DNA of 64,000 bases from the NCBI GenBank assembly GCA_038116375.1, contig JAYNUQ010000006.1, forward strand, positions 5,176 through 69,175. The letters run 5' to 3'. The translations under genes were made by a program, and so were the position numbers. Shown in pieces: positions 1-12,060 of this stretch; positions within the stretch are counted from its first letter, which is position 1; each line of letters starts with the position of its first letter. Source of the DNA: Candidatus Poseidoniales archaeon (lineage in GTDB: Archaea; Thermoplasmatota; Poseidoniia; Poseidoniales; Poseidoniaceae). Below the pieces are notes generated by a model, which was given only the letters and a program-made list of their open reading frames with translations, was not told the origin of the DNA and searched no databases.

Positions 1-428
1 TGGCCGACCATGTGGCCCACGCAGCGCTTGCGTTTGGCCTGCTGGCGATGCCGTTCGCCATCATAACGGGTATTCAGTCAAGTCCAGGAGACGGTCTTGA
101 CCACCCTGTTCTCATCAACAAGATGCTCCTTGGTTCATCGGCGTTTGGATTGGCGCTGGGCGTCCTCCTGGCCCGCCGAAAACACGGCCATGCCATCTGG
201 AGCAGACCTTGGGGGCGGCGCTGGCAAACCTTCGGTGGGTTGGGGTCCGTTGGACTGGTGTTGTTGACCGCCTCGCTGGGTGGCACGTTCAGCCGAGGTG
301 AATCCTTGCTCGATGTGTTCAATCTCCCCTACGACACCGTACCGTTGATGCCGATTTGGCTCTCTGGATTCCTCTTGGTGGCCGCCATCAGCAATCTGGC
401 CCTCATGCGGCGACAGGTTTCGGCCTGA
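1..428 (+). CDS. multi-pass membrane protein, 3' portion (reading frame open to the window edge)
   Basis: The frame of ORF 12..428 has no stop back to position 3, so the gene probably starts upstream. The translation is hydrophobic with about 4 TM segments (LAFGLLAMPFAIITGI, GLALGVLLA, GLGSVGLVLLTASLGG, IWLSGFLLVAAISNLAL). No family motif recognised. Confidence 0.5.
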   Translation, partial: ADHVAHAALAFGLLAMPFAIITGIQSSPGDGLDHPVLINKMLLGSSAFGLALGVLLARRKHGHAIWSRPWGRRWQTFGGLGSVGLVLLTASLGGTFSRGESLLDVFNLPYDTVPLMPIWLSGFLLVAAISNLALMRRQVSA

Positions 429-2282
<1,854 letters not shown>

Positions 2283-2385
2283 GACCCAAGGCCGATGACC
2301 GAGACTCTTGAACCCTCGGTAGAGCCTCACAAACGAACGGGGCTCCATCCAATCTTTGATGAGGTTCCCCGCGTTGGTTAGCGAC

Positions 2386-5300
2386 ATGCAGGCTCGTCGC
2401 CGTCGAACATCCATCGTTTTCTTCACCCTTCTTTTGGTGCAGGTTCTCTCCCCGCTCGCCTTCGTTCAAGCGGAGCAATCGACCTACGATGCGGAAACCG
2501 ATGCTGAGCTCGAACTGCTGCAACAGGTGGGCGTGGCACCAACGCCCAATGCCGAGCACGGCTGGCTTTCCAGCGACGAAGCAAGCGGCATGACCGCCCT
2601 ACGCTACCGCGATGTGCAACTCGTTGATACTTCGGAATGGACCGAACGCACGGGTGAATCCCGTGTCGACGGATTTTACATTCTGGGCCACACCTACCCC
2701 GTACCCAGCGGGTGGTTCCACGACTTGGCCGCTGCCGGCATCACTTGCTTCTCCTTCTTGCCGCCTGCCAGTTTCCACTGCCACGTGAACAGCAAAACTC
2801 CTGCTCAGTTGGAGCACCTCGACGTGCTGGGCCTGGCCGTGATGGACGCAACCGACAAGGTGCAGACCGACCTTGTGAGGGGGTTGTTGGGACTTGACAT
2901 GATCGCCCCCAATCCCTTCGTCAACGAACAGGGTGCCGTGGTCAACATCGTCCTGTCGGGGAATGAATTGCCGAGCGGTTTGAATCAGCGAAGCGATATC
3001 GTTCTCGACACCCACAGCGGTCGATTTGCCACGATGGCCATCGACACTGATGGATTGGCCTGGCTCGTCCAGCAAGACGCTGTCGAGTGGGTCGAACCCC
3101 GACCGTTTTACGAAATTCTCAATTCAAAGGGCATCCAAGTCATGCACGTTGATGACGCCTGGAACGGCACGAACATGGCCAGCATCGACACGTCGTGGTC
3201 GGGCCTTGACGGAAGCGGCATCATCGTCACCGTTGCGGATACCGGGCTTGACAACGGCGTCAACAATTCCAACATGCACCCCGACTTCCGGGACCACATC
3301 ACCGGCATTCTGTCCTTCCCCCCCTCCGCATCCACCTGTGCCTCCCTCAGTCTGAGCCCCTGCGGTGATGACGCCGAAGACCACCACGGACACGGCACCC
3401 ACGTCGCGGGTTCGGTGCTGGGTGACGGCACCCACAGCAACGGCGACATCATGGGCGCAGCCCCCGAGGCGCACCTGTTGGTTCACTCCATCGCCACAAC
3501 CCATAACGGCGAAGAGAAACTCCTGGGCATTCCCAACGACCTTGACGACATGTTCAAACTCGCATGGGCCAACAACAGTCGTGTTCACACCAACTCCTGG
3601 GGTTCAGCGGTTGCAGGACAGTACACCACCTCCTCGATGCAAGCCGATGCAAGTGCCCGGACCCATGACGAACTGGTCATCCTCTTTGCGGCCGCTAACG
3701 AAGGCGTTGATGCTGACAAGAACGGAGAAATTGACCTCGATTCGATGGGCTCACCTGCAACGGCGAAAAACGTCTTGACGGTGGGCGCGAGTGAAAACGA
3801 CCGCGGCAACATGACATGGACCTGGGGAAGCACCGATTACGGCTCCCCCATCTCAACCGACCGACTGGCGGACAATCCCGAAGGCATGGCGGCGTTTTCA
3901 TCTCGTGGACCAACCGACGACGGACGAGTGAAACCAGATTTCTCAGCACCTGGAACGATGATTCTCTCTGCAAAATCACGCAGCACCACATCGGTAGGAT
4001 GGTTGGCTCACAACGCCAGCTACACCTACATGGGCGGAACCAGCATGGCGACACCCCTGACGGCCGGCGCTTCGGCACTGCTGCTTGAACACCTGATGGA
4101 AAACCTCGGCGAAAACAACCCCTCTTCGGCGCTGGTCAAGGCCATTTTCACGGCGAGTGCTCACGACATGACGGGGCAGTACTCCTCGTCGACCAACGGT
4201 GCAGGTGAAGCCGCACCCAACAACCACGAAGGATGGGGTCGAATCAACATGTCTCAGGCCATCAACACCTCGTATCTCCAAGGACACTCGGTGACCACCA
4301 ACGCTGATTCGGGCTGGTCGTTCAACGTCCCAGCCAGTGCAGATGACATCAACATCGCCTTGACCTGGACCGACCCTGCCTCGACACCGTCCGCCTCAAC
4401 CAACCTCGTGAACGATGTGGATTTGGCCCTCAAAAGTCCCTCGGGCACCTGGACCAACGTAAGCAATAACCTCGACAACCTCCGCGGGTTGACCCTTTCC
4501 TCCCCGGCTCAGGGAACGTGGGAACTCCATGTTCTCGGGTCCAACATCCCCACTGGCCCCCAATTCTTTGCCCTGGCCTTGACGGGAGATTACACCCTCT
4601 CCAACCTGACCCAAGACAGCGACTTCGACGGATACGAAGACGACGAAGACGACTGCAACACCACGGCTGGCACCTCAACTGCTGACCGTACGGGTTGCCC
4701 GGACACCGACGGCGACGGCTATTCCAACCCCGACGGCAACTGGACGGTCAACGACGGAGCGGACGCCTTCCCGAGTGAGATCAGCCAGTGGGAAGATTCG
4801 GACTACGACGGTTTTGGCGACAATGCTGCAGGAAACCAACCCGATGCATGCACTTCGACCGCAGGGAACTCTACGGGCGACCGCTACGGATGCACCGACA
4901 CCGACGGCGACGGCTATTCCGACGGCGACAGCGGTTGGACCACCGCCAACGGTGCCGATTCCTGTGCAAGCGTCGCCGGTCCTTCAAGCCAAGACCGCAA
5001 CGGATGTGCAGACCAGGACGGCGACGGCTATTCTGACCCTGACGGTTCATGGGGAACCACCAACGGTGCCGATGCGTTTCCCACCGACGACACCCAATGG
5101 GCCGATAGCGACAACGACGGCTACGGCGACAACCCTCCACCCGCCACCACGGGAGATGCCTGCCCGAACACCAACGGTGGTTCGGACCAGGACAGGTACG
5201 GTTGCACCGACAGCGACGGCGATGGATACTCCGACCCCGATACGGGGTGGACGGTCGCCAACGGCGCCGATGCCTTCGCTTCGGACGCAACGCAGTGGGC

Positions 5301-7977
5301 TGACGGTGATAGCGACGGCTACGGCGACAACGCCAGCGGCAACAGTCCTGATGCGTGCCCGACTCAATTCGGAACCTCCAACCAAGCAGGCCGTCTTGGC
5401 TGCGCAGACAGCGACGGTGATGGCTACGCTGACGTTGACGATGCCTTCCCAAGCGAATCCACGCAGTGGGCCGACGGCGACAGCGACGGCTTCGGAGACG
5501 AATCCACGGGCTACCAAGCAGATGCTTGTCCGTCGACCGCTGGAACCTCCACTCGAGACCGGTTCGGCTGTCTTGACAGCGATAACGACGGCTCCTCGGA
5601 CAGCGACACCACCTGGACCGTAGCAAACGGTGCGGACGCCTTCCCTTCCGACGGCACACAATGGGCCGACACCGACGGCGACGGCTACGGGGACAATCCG
5701 ACAGGAACCAACGGCGACACCTGTCCGTCGAGCAGCGGCAACTCGACCGCTGACCGACGGGGCTGTCCCGACACCGACGGCGACGGCTATTCCGACCCCG
5801 ACGGTTCGTGGGGCATTGACGACGGGGCTGATGCTTATCCCAACGACCCGCAACGTTGGGGCGACAACGACGGCGACGGATACGACGACGGTTTGGACGA
5901 TGATTGCCCAACGTTCTACGGCACCTCCATGCACGACCGCAAAGGATGTCCCGACCAGGACGGCGACGGCTATTCAGACCCTGATAGCGGCTGGTCCACC
6001 TCTGACGGCGCTGACGCCTTCATGACCGATTCAACCCAATGGAACGACACCGACGGCGACGGCTACGGCGACAACCCCACCGGTTCAGTCCCTGACGCCT
6101 GTCCAGCAACCCATGGACAATCGTGGCAGAACGGCACCTATGGATGCCCCGACAGCGACCAGGACGGATGGGCGGACAGTGAAGACACCCACCCCGGCGA
6201 TAACACGCAGTGGGCCGACAGTGACGGCGACGGCTACGGCGACAACCCCGGCGGCATCTTGCCCGACGCGTGCAGCACCCAATGGGGCAACTCCACGCAA
6301 GGAAACCGATTGGGATGCCCCGATAACGACGGTGACGGTTGGGACAACGTCGTTGATGCTCTGCCCGAACTTCCCACGCAGTGGATGGACCAAGACGGCG
6401 ACGGCTACGGCGATAACGCCACGGGACTGCAACCCGATGCCTGTCCCGGTGAGGCGGGTACGTCCACCATCGGTCTCCTCGGTTGTGTTGACGATGATGG
6501 CGACGGTTATGCCAACCTGAGCGATGATTTCCCGAACGACCCGACCCGCTGGATTGACACCGATAACGACGGATTCGACGACGCAGAAGACGCATGTCCG
6601 CTGACCACCGGCAACTCAACCACGGACCGCATCGGATGCGTGGACAGCGACGGCGACGGCACCTCAGACCCCAGCCCTCCAGTCGGTAACGAAAGCGGTT
6701 GGAACACCTCAGACGGTGCTGATGCCTTCCCGTTCGACCCAACACAACGGGTTGACAGCGACGGCGACGGATTTGGCGACGACCCCTCCGGTTTCCAAGC
6801 CGATGTTTGTCCATCGGATGCAGGAGGTTCGCATGTTGACCGATTTGGCTGCGTTGACGAAGACGGCGATGGCACCTCCGATGCGAACGACGACTTCCTC
6901 GGTGAGTCCACCCAATGGACCGATAGCGACGGCGACGGTTACGGCGACAATCCCAACGGGACACAGCCAGACATGTGCCCGTCTACGGTCGGCACCTCCA
7001 CCGTCGACCGGTTTGGATGCATTGACGGGGACAGCGATGGCGTGAGCGACGACCATGACCTTTGGCCAGCCGACGACACGCAGTGGTACGACAGCGACGG
7101 CGATACGTACGGGGACAACCCGTCCGGCACCGATGGTGATTCGTGTCCGAACGCCCACGGCACGTCCACCCAAGGCGGCACCTTTGGCTGTCCGGATCAA
7201 GACGACGATGGATGGGCGGACAGCGAAGACGCATTCCCAGAACATCGAAGTCAATTCGTTGACAGCGATGGTGATGGATGGGGCGACAACGCCACGCTCG
7301 GCGCCCACAAACCCGACCACTGGCCCAACGATTCCTCACGAAGTTCTGCGGAAGCCACGATGACCTGTACCCCGCTTTCCATCGACGTTGACTTGGCAGC
7401 AAGTGGCTGGTTTACGTTCACATGCACCGTTTCCACCACCATGAGTTCGGCCTTTGCAGCAACCGTCGACTGGCAAACCACCACGAGCATCGCAGGAGAG
7501 ACGTCCGGCCATTTACTGACCTTCACATCGGCCACCGGAAACTCACAGACGGTCACCTTCTCGGGTTCCGCAAAAGATGTTGGTGATCACCAGCTTCTCC
7601 TGTCCGCTTTCGAGCCAGGTGCTGACTACCCCATGGACACCGTCACGGTGGTCGTTCGGACCACGGACTCGAACGCTCCCGTTGTGAAGGAGGACGAAAC
7701 CCGTGGCTCCTTGATGGATACGCTGGCTGACAACACCGTGTTCCAAGCCGCTGCGGCAGGTTTGGTCCTCTTCGTGTTGATGGGGAGCCTGATGATTCGA
7801 GGGCAGAGCAGGAAGGCCCGGGACGAAGCGAGAAGAATGGCCAGAGCCATCGAGATTCGACAGGCGAGGGGCATCGGTGAACTTCCAAGCCGAACGTTGG
7901 TCCAGCAACAGGTACAACCGCGGGCACCAAGAGAACGCACGGGTTCAGTGTTTAACGAATTCAAGCGGAAACGGTGA
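2386..7977 (+). CDS. giant secreted, C-terminally membrane-anchored subtilisin-like (S8) serine protease with thrombospondin-type-3-like Ca-binding repeats
   Basis: Signal peptide MQARRRRTSIVFFTLLLVQVLSPLAFVQA begins at the ATG at 2386 (the ORF opens at 2356). The S8 triad is D in VTVADTGLD (codon 3238-3240), H in HGHGTHVAG, and S in GGTSMATPLTAG (codon 4042-4044). These are followed by 15 Asp-rich repeat units, a TM helix (AAAAGLVLFVLMGSLMI) and a basic tail. Confidence 0.93.
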   Translation: MQARRRRTSIVFFTLLLVQVLSPLAFVQAEQSTYDAETDAELELLQQVGVAPTPNAEHGWLSSDEASGMTALRYRDVQLVDTSEWTERTGESRVDGFYILGHTYPVPSGWFHDLAAAGITCFSFLPPASFHCHVNSKTPAQLEHLDVLGLAVMDATDKVQTDLVRGLLGLDMIAPNPFVNEQGAVVNIVLSGNELPSGLNQRSDIVLDTHSGRFATMAIDTDGLAWLVQQDAVEWVEPRPFYEILNSKGIQVMHVDDAWNGTNMASIDTSWSGLDGSGIIVTVADTGLDNGVNNSNMHPDFRDHITGILSFPPSASTCASLSLSPCGDDAEDHHGHGTHVAGSVLGDGTHSNGDIMGAAPEAHLLVHSIATTHNGEEKLLGIPNDLDDMFKLAWANNSRVHTNSWGSAVAGQYTTSSMQADASARTHDELVILFAAANEGVDADKNGEIDLDSMGSPATAKNVLTVGASENDRGNMTWTWGSTDYGSPISTDRLADNPEGMAAFSSRGPTDDGRVKPDFSAPGTMILSAKSRSTTSVGWLAHNASYTYMGGTSMATPLTAGASALLLEHLMENLGENNPSSALVKAIFTASAHDMTGQYSSSTNGAGEAAPNNHEGWGRINMSQAINTSYLQGHSVTTNADSGWSFNVPASADDINIALTWTDPASTPSASTNLVNDVDLALKSPSGTWTNVSNNLDNLRGLTLSSPAQGTWELHVLGSNIPTGPQFFALALTGDYTLSNLTQDSDFDGYEDDEDDCNTTAGTSTADRTGCPDTDGDGYSNPDGNWTVNDGADAFPSEISQWEDSDYDGFGDNAAGNQPDACTSTAGNSTGDRYGCTDTDGDGYSDGDSGWTTANGADSCASVAGPSSQDRNGCADQDGDGYSDPDGSWGTTNGADAFPTDDTQWADSDNDGYGDNPPPATTGDACPNTNGGSDQDRYGCTDSDGDGYSDPDTGWTVANGADAFASDATQWADGDSDGYGDNASGNSPDACPTQFGTSNQAGRLGCADSDGDGYADVDDAFPSESTQWADGDSDGFGDESTGYQADACPSTAGTSTRDRFGCLDSDNDGSSDSDTTWTVANGADAFPSDGTQWADTDGDGYGDNPTGTNGDTCPSSSGNSTADRRGCPDTDGDGYSDPDGSWGIDDGADAYPNDPQRWGDNDGDGYDDGLDDDCPTFYGTSMHDRKGCPDQDGDGYSDPDSGWSTSDGADAFMTDSTQWNDTDGDGYGDNPTGSVPDACPATHGQSWQNGTYGCPDSDQDGWADSEDTHPGDNTQWADSDGDGYGDNPGGILPDACSTQWGNSTQGNRLGCPDNDGDGWDNVVDALPELPTQWMDQDGDGYGDNATGLQPDACPGEAGTSTIGLLGCVDDDGDGYANLSDDFPNDPTRWIDTDNDGFDDAEDACPLTTGNSTTDRIGCVDSDGDGTSDPSPPVGNESGWNTSDGADAFPFDPTQRVDSDGDGFGDDPSGFQADVCPSDAGGSHVDRFGCVDEDGDGTSDANDDFLGESTQWTDSDGDGYGDNPNGTQPDMCPSTVGTSTVDRFGCIDGDSDGVSDDHDLWPADDTQWYDSDGDTYGDNPSGTDGDSCPNAHGTSTQGGTFGCPDQDDDGWADSEDAFPEHRSQFVDSDGDGWGDNATLGAHKPDHWPNDSSRSSAEATMTCTPLSIDVDLAASGWFTFTCTVSTTMSSAFAATVDWQTTTSIAGETSGHLLTFTSATGNSQTVTFSGSAKDVGDHQLLLSAFEPGADYPMDTVTVVVRTTDSNAPVVKEDETRGSLMDTLADNTVFQAAAAGLVLFVLMGSLMIRGQSRKARDEARRMARAIEIRQARGIGELPSRTLVQQQVQPRAPRERTGSVFNEFKRKR
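4612..7332 (+). repeat. 15 tandem units (38-71 aa) of thrombospondin-type-3-like calcium-binding repeats inside the protease gene
   Basis: The recurrent unit is GC-x-D-x-DGDGYSDPD..W....GADAFP.D.TQW.DSDGDGYGDN....PD.CP...G(N/T)ST.DR.GC. There are about 30 DxDxDG loops. Each unit has two Cys spaced 13-15 residues apart, and many units carry an N-S-T sequon. Confidence 0.9.
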
Positions 7978-8036
7978 GCACGCACCCGAACCGATTCCCT
8001 CAAAGGGGAGAGGCTTGTCCGCTTGATTACCACACT

Positions 8037-8108
8037 GCGGATATGGTGAAGTGGTTATCATCTGAGGTTTCCAACCTTATGTCGTGGGTTCGACTCCCGC
8101 TATCCGCA
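8037..8108 (+). tRNA. tRNA-Gly (anticodon UCC)
   Basis: Hand-folded cloverleaf. Acceptor stem GCGGATA/TATCCGC has 7 perfect bp. D stem is GTGA/TCAT. Anticodon stem is TGAGG/CCTTA with loop TTTCCAA. T stem GTGGG/CCCGC has loop TTCGACT. Discriminator is A. CCA is not encoded and there is no intron. Confidence 0.9.
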
Positions 8109-8203
8109 CCTCCACAATTCCAACGAGACAGGGTTGTAACACGCCCTTAGCGGGCAAGCATGAAAGGCTCGGTGGAGAAGCCAGACACACCGGGTGAAGA
8201 TGC

Positions 8204-8857
8204 ATGGATTTCCTTTCGCTTTGTTTGCTCACACTCTGGCTCTACCTTCCAGGCTTCCTCGCCAACACCTTTGCCATGATGTGGGGGAAGTGGTTCCCGA
8301 AAACGGGTTATGGCCCGTGGCCCATCGATGGCGGGCGGGTTCTGGGCGACGGCAACCGAATGCTGGGGGACGGGAAGACATGGAACGGCCTCATTGGAGG
8401 TTCCCTGACCTCGGGATTGTTGTGCATGCTGCTCGCTTCCCTTGTGAGCACGGGCGAAATGACCACCGTCTTTGATGATGGAGCCACCGTGTTCGCCCAC
8501 CCTCTCGTCGGAGCTGAAGAGGCGTGGTTCTATGTCGGCGGAGCGAACGGAGCGGCTTTCCTGCTTGGCACCTTCCTCGGATTTGCTTGTCTGGTCGGCG
8601 ACAGCACCGGCTCCTTCGTGAAGCGTCGTCGTGGACTCAAGCGAGAAGGCGATGTCTCCTCCAAAGCACCGCTCCTCGACACCCTACCGTTTGCGATCAT
8701 GGTGTTCTTGTGGGGGCAACTCTTCCTCGGACCTTCCGTGCTCGCCGCTGAAGAATTGCGGTTGCCGATGCTGGCCTTGGTGCTCATTACGCCCGTGCTG
8801 CATCGGTCGTTCAACCTCATCGGATACAAAATCGGGTGGAAGGATGTCCCGTACTGA
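8204..8857 (+). CDS. carS: CDP-archaeol synthase (CDP-2,3-bis-O-geranylgeranyl-sn-glycerol synthase, DUF46 family)
   Basis: A 217-aa multi-TM protein with the family pattern: N-terminal LYLPGFLANTFAMM, then PIDGG....G.R.LGDGKTWNGLIGG, then GDSTGSFVKRRRG and PLLDTLPF. Confidence 0.75.
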   Translation: MDFLSLCLLTLWLYLPGFLANTFAMMWGKWFPKTGYGPWPIDGGRVLGDGNRMLGDGKTWNGLIGGSLTSGLLCMLLASLVSTGEMTTVFDDGATVFAHPLVGAEEAWFYVGGANGAAFLLGTFLGFACLVGDSTGSFVKRRRGLKREGDVSSKAPLLDTLPFAIMVFLWGQLFLGPSVLAAEELRLPMLALVLITPVLHRSFNLIGYKIGWKDVPY

Positions 8858-8912
8858 GGTCCCGTTCAGACCAAAGGCCAACCCCTATGAAGGCCCATCC
8901 GTCCGTTGGACC

Positions 8913-10331
8913 ATGAACCCAAGCCGAAACGGCATTGCTCGAGCATGTTTGCTCGGATTGTTGATGCTGGCGGCCCCGCTCTCCGGGTGCATCGGAGAAG
9001 GTGAACGACTTGAGGAAGTGGACTTGACCACGGCCCTCACCATCGACGGTACTTCACCAGATAACGCCGTCTTTCGGGCAGGAGAATGGCACGATGTGTT
9101 GCTGATGGGCGAAGGCCTTCGAGTCGCTGCTCCAGCCCATGATGTCCTGCTCTTCGTCGACGGCATCATCGACATCGACAGTTCCGTACCGGTGGAAGGC
9201 GACAGGGTTCTCGTCCAATTGCTCACCACCCCGTACACCGAACACGTCGAGTTGGTCGTTTGGGCCAAAGACGGCACAAAGTCGGTGTTGAACACGACCG
9301 TGAGCAACGGCACCCCCATCATCAACGGCGAGGCTTGGTACGAGAAGATGGACTACATCACCTGTGACACGCCCTCCGATGATTGTGGTTCCTACAACTT
9401 CCGTTGGATGGGCAGCCCCAACGCACAATTTGAACGAGCTGCTTCGTACTTTCAAGGTCATTTCGAAGGCTTGGGCTACGACACCCACCTGATGCGTGTC
9501 GTTGACACCCTCAATCCAACCCAACCCGAATCGCTCAACGTCATCGCTTGGAAGCGAGGCATGCGAGACGATTGTGTTCAGGGCATGGGTGCTCACATGG
9601 ACATCGCGCCGCCTGCTGGTCCACCCGGAGGCGGGACGTGGGAAGGTGCCTACGATAACACGGCTGGAACGGTTGCTATCATGATGTATGCACAGGTTCT
9701 TGTCGACCTCCAAGTGGAATGCGACACCTTCCTTGCGTTGTGGTCCTCAGAAGAGGAGGGGCTGCGGGGCTCAAACGCTTTCGCCAACAACGATTGTGAG
9801 GCTTGTTTGCCTCAAGATAAGGAGTTGCGGTTTTACATCAACATGGACATGATGGGCATCTCGTGGCCGGCCGTCAAGGAAAACGGCGACCCCTTCCCCT
9901 ACCATGCGTGGTCTGGACCTGACATTGACCCCGAAGTCCAAGACGTGGCCATCACGAGCGTGCTCGACCACGTGCATCGCAACATCCTCAAGGCGCCCAT
10001 GGACTTGCGCATCGAAGGCAGTTATGGAGCAGGATGCGACCAGCACTGGGACGATCACTACAACCTCGTCATGGACGTCCATGAAGACACGTTCGGGCGA
10101 TCGGACCACGTCACCTTCCGCAACTTGGGCGCACAGACAATTTTCCACCTCGGTGCATACGATGAAGACTACTCGGCCTACCACTCGCCGCAAGACACCC
10201 TCGAAAACATGGTCGCCGTCGTGGGCGGGCAGGAAAACCTCGAGGAGAGCATCGAATTTGTGTTGTGGGCGGCACTCCTCGAATTCGTGCTCGCAGACCA
10301 AACACCCGAAATTCGTAACGTTAACACCTGA
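8913..10331 (+). CDS. M28-family zinc aminopeptidase, probable lipoprotein
   Basis: N-terminus MNPSRNGIARACLLGLLMLAAPLSGC carries a lipobox (L-S-G-C). M28 motifs are GAHMD, YDNTAGT, SSEEEGLRGS and GRSDH.TF. The supplied ORF opens at 8631 inside carS; an alternative ATG lies at 8844. Confidence 0.8.
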   Translation: MNPSRNGIARACLLGLLMLAAPLSGCIGEGERLEEVDLTTALTIDGTSPDNAVFRAGEWHDVLLMGEGLRVAAPAHDVLLFVDGIIDIDSSVPVEGDRVLVQLLTTPYTEHVELVVWAKDGTKSVLNTTVSNGTPIINGEAWYEKMDYITCDTPSDDCGSYNFRWMGSPNAQFERAASYFQGHFEGLGYDTHLMRVVDTLNPTQPESLNVIAWKRGMRDDCVQGMGAHMDIAPPAGPPGGGTWEGAYDNTAGTVAIMMYAQVLVDLQVECDTFLALWSSEEEGLRGSNAFANNDCEACLPQDKELRFYINMDMMGISWPAVKENGDPFPYHAWSGPDIDPEVQDVAITSVLDHVHRNILKAPMDLRIEGSYGAGCDQHWDDHYNLVMDVHEDTFGRSDHVTFRNLGAQTIFHLGAYDEDYSAYHSPQDTLENMVAVVGGQENLEESIEFVLWAALLEFVLADQTPEIRNVNT

Positions 10332-10375
10332 GGTTTTGAACGAAACTTCATGTACACAACCACCGAATTTTACAT

Positions 10376-12022
10376 GTGAACCCTTCTGTAGACTCGGTTC
10401 TTGAGACGGACCTTCCTCCAAAGGTTCAGCGGTTTCATCCCGCATGGATGATCCCCGTCGGGTTTGTGTTGGCTTACAGCGAAGTCGTGCTCCGATTGCT
10501 GGTGGGAAAGGATATCGTCGACGCCATTTGGCCGCATGCTGTTCGTTCACTCGAGTGGACGCTGGCCCTCCGTGATGCGCCTGCATTGGTGCTCTCTTCC
10601 GTGTTCGTCATGGCTGGATTTGCCTACGTGTTGCGCAGATCGGTGGCATCGGGCGCTCTTGAAGGGCGCTTGAAATCCGTACCGTACGGGGCCGCTGGCT
10701 TACTTCTTGGCCTCATCTCAATGCACTTCTTGATGGATGTGTTCTATCTCCGCGGTGCTTTTTTGCTCCTTCCAACGCTGATGGGTTGGGCTCTGGCGTG
10801 CCTCTTGGTGGGACTTGAGGGGCCACCTTCGCTTCGCTCCCCTGACCAACAGCAACTCTCCGGTTGGCGGGTTGCCCACGTCGTGGGTGTCTTCTTCGCT
10901 GCGTGGTTGGTAATGCCGGGGGTGCCGGCGGTGATGGGGTTCGCTCCTTCGCCCCCAGAGGCTCCTTCAATGGGCTACGGGTCGTTTCCCGGCCCGCACA
11001 ACGTGGAGCAATACCGTTCTCCCTACGTCCTCCCCGACGCCGTAAAACGGGTGCAGGGTGAACTGGAAGACGATGTTGAGTTCAGCGTCTATGTCACGCT
11101 TCCCGTTCTTGCTGAGGACTTGCCCGTGAGTACCCTGCCGCTGGCCATTTTACTCCACGGGTTTGGCTATCCAGATGTTGAGGCCTACCAAGACTGGATC
11201 AACCACCTTGCCGCCAAAGGAATGGCGGTAGCGTTCATCCAATACCCGTCGGATTTGCGCCCAGAAGGGCACGAGGACCACGAAGCCACCGACCGAGAGG
11301 GTATGTCGGATTTCATGCAGCATGTTCAGCGAGACCTGGCGATTCGTGCAGCGCTCGACCATCTCGACCGGATTCTCCTCCAGCCTGAACGTGAGGCTCA
11401 ACTCGATGCACATCTTGGACAACGCACGGTCGACCCTACGGCGTTGTGGGCGGGCGGACACAGCCTTGGTGCGTCCTACACCTTCACCACCCTCGACGAA
11501 GTGCTCCCCCGTGGATGGGGGTCCGAGGCACTCGTTGTTGCTCTGGAATCCCCAGCAAGCAGGCCCATGCAGGCGGACCTTCAGCCCGATTTGTCAGCGC
11601 TTCCCGAGGAGACCATGGTCCAGATTGGTGTGCCGCAAGACGACATGAGCGTCGGCATGTGCCCCGGTGCGTTTCATCAGCAACTTTTCTCCTCCCTTTC
11701 CGCTGAGCGAAACCAATTGCTGGAAATACAGTCTGACCATTATGGATTCCCCCGTTTGGTGGCCAGCCACTACCTCCAAACCGACCCTGCACACGACACC
11801 TTGTCGGATTGGAGCTTTTATCGGCGCATCGATGCCCAAGCGGATTACCTGGTTGCTCATGGCCGTCAAGACACGTTCACCGCCGACTGGGCGTTCCAGT
11901 ACATGACCGATGAGACGATGCTCACGGGCATGGGTTCGTGGTCGGACGGTACACCGGTGCTCCCTCTCGTCTGGCACACCGATGCCATCAACAGCGTGGC
12001 CTCGTTTGGGGACTGCGTCTAG
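10376..12022 (+). CDS. membrane-anchored alpha/beta hydrolase (dienelactone hydrolase / PAF-acetylhydrolase-like)
   Basis: GTG start. About 5 N-terminal TM helices are followed by LAILLHGFGY (oxyanion region) and the nucleophile elbow GGHSLGA (GxSxG). Confidence 0.7.
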   Translation: MNPSVDSVLETDLPPKVQRFHPAWMIPVGFVLAYSEVVLRLLVGKDIVDAIWPHAVRSLEWTLALRDAPALVLSSVFVMAGFAYVLRRSVASGALEGRLKSVPYGAAGLLLGLISMHFLMDVFYLRGAFLLLPTLMGWALACLLVGLEGPPSLRSPDQQQLSGWRVAHVVGVFFAAWLVMPGVPAVMGFAPSPPEAPSMGYGSFPGPHNVEQYRSPYVLPDAVKRVQGELEDDVEFSVYVTLPVLAEDLPVSTLPLAILLHGFGYPDVEAYQDWINHLAAKGMAVAFIQYPSDLRPEGHEDHEATDREGMSDFMQHVQRDLAIRAALDHLDRILLQPEREAQLDAHLGQRTVDPTALWAGGHSLGASYTFTTLDEVLPRGWGSEALVVALESPASRPMQADLQPDLSALPEETMVQIGVPQDDMSVGMCPGAFHQQLFSSLSAERNQLLEIQSDHYGFPRLVASHYLQTDPAHDTLSDWSFYRRIDAQADYLVAHGRQDTFTADWAFQYMTDETMLTGMGSWSDGTPVLPLVWHTDAINSVASFGDCV

Positions 12023-12060
12023 GAACACATCTTGAAAAAGAAAAGGTGTCATTTCTTACC

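Noticed and set aside
4871-6964. Several 300-350-aa minus-strand ORFs (4871..5911, 5047..5934, 6020..6964) and plus-strand out-of-frame ORFs inside the protease repeat array
   Set aside because: They are Arg/Pro/Cys- or Val/Ala-rich read-throughs of the GAC/GGC-rich repeats in wrong frames. The sense frame encodes a coherent Ca-binding repeat protein.
8631-8912. N-terminal extension of the M28 peptidase ORF. There are similar extensions at 32780..32950, 51261..52808 (upstream of 52544), 57591..57818, 42610..42681 and 61965..62009
   Set aside because: The extensions overlap the preceding gene or are Ser/Arg/Cys-rich nonsense. An internal Met gives a sensible N-terminus in each case (lipoprotein signal, Rossmann fold, or P-loop context).
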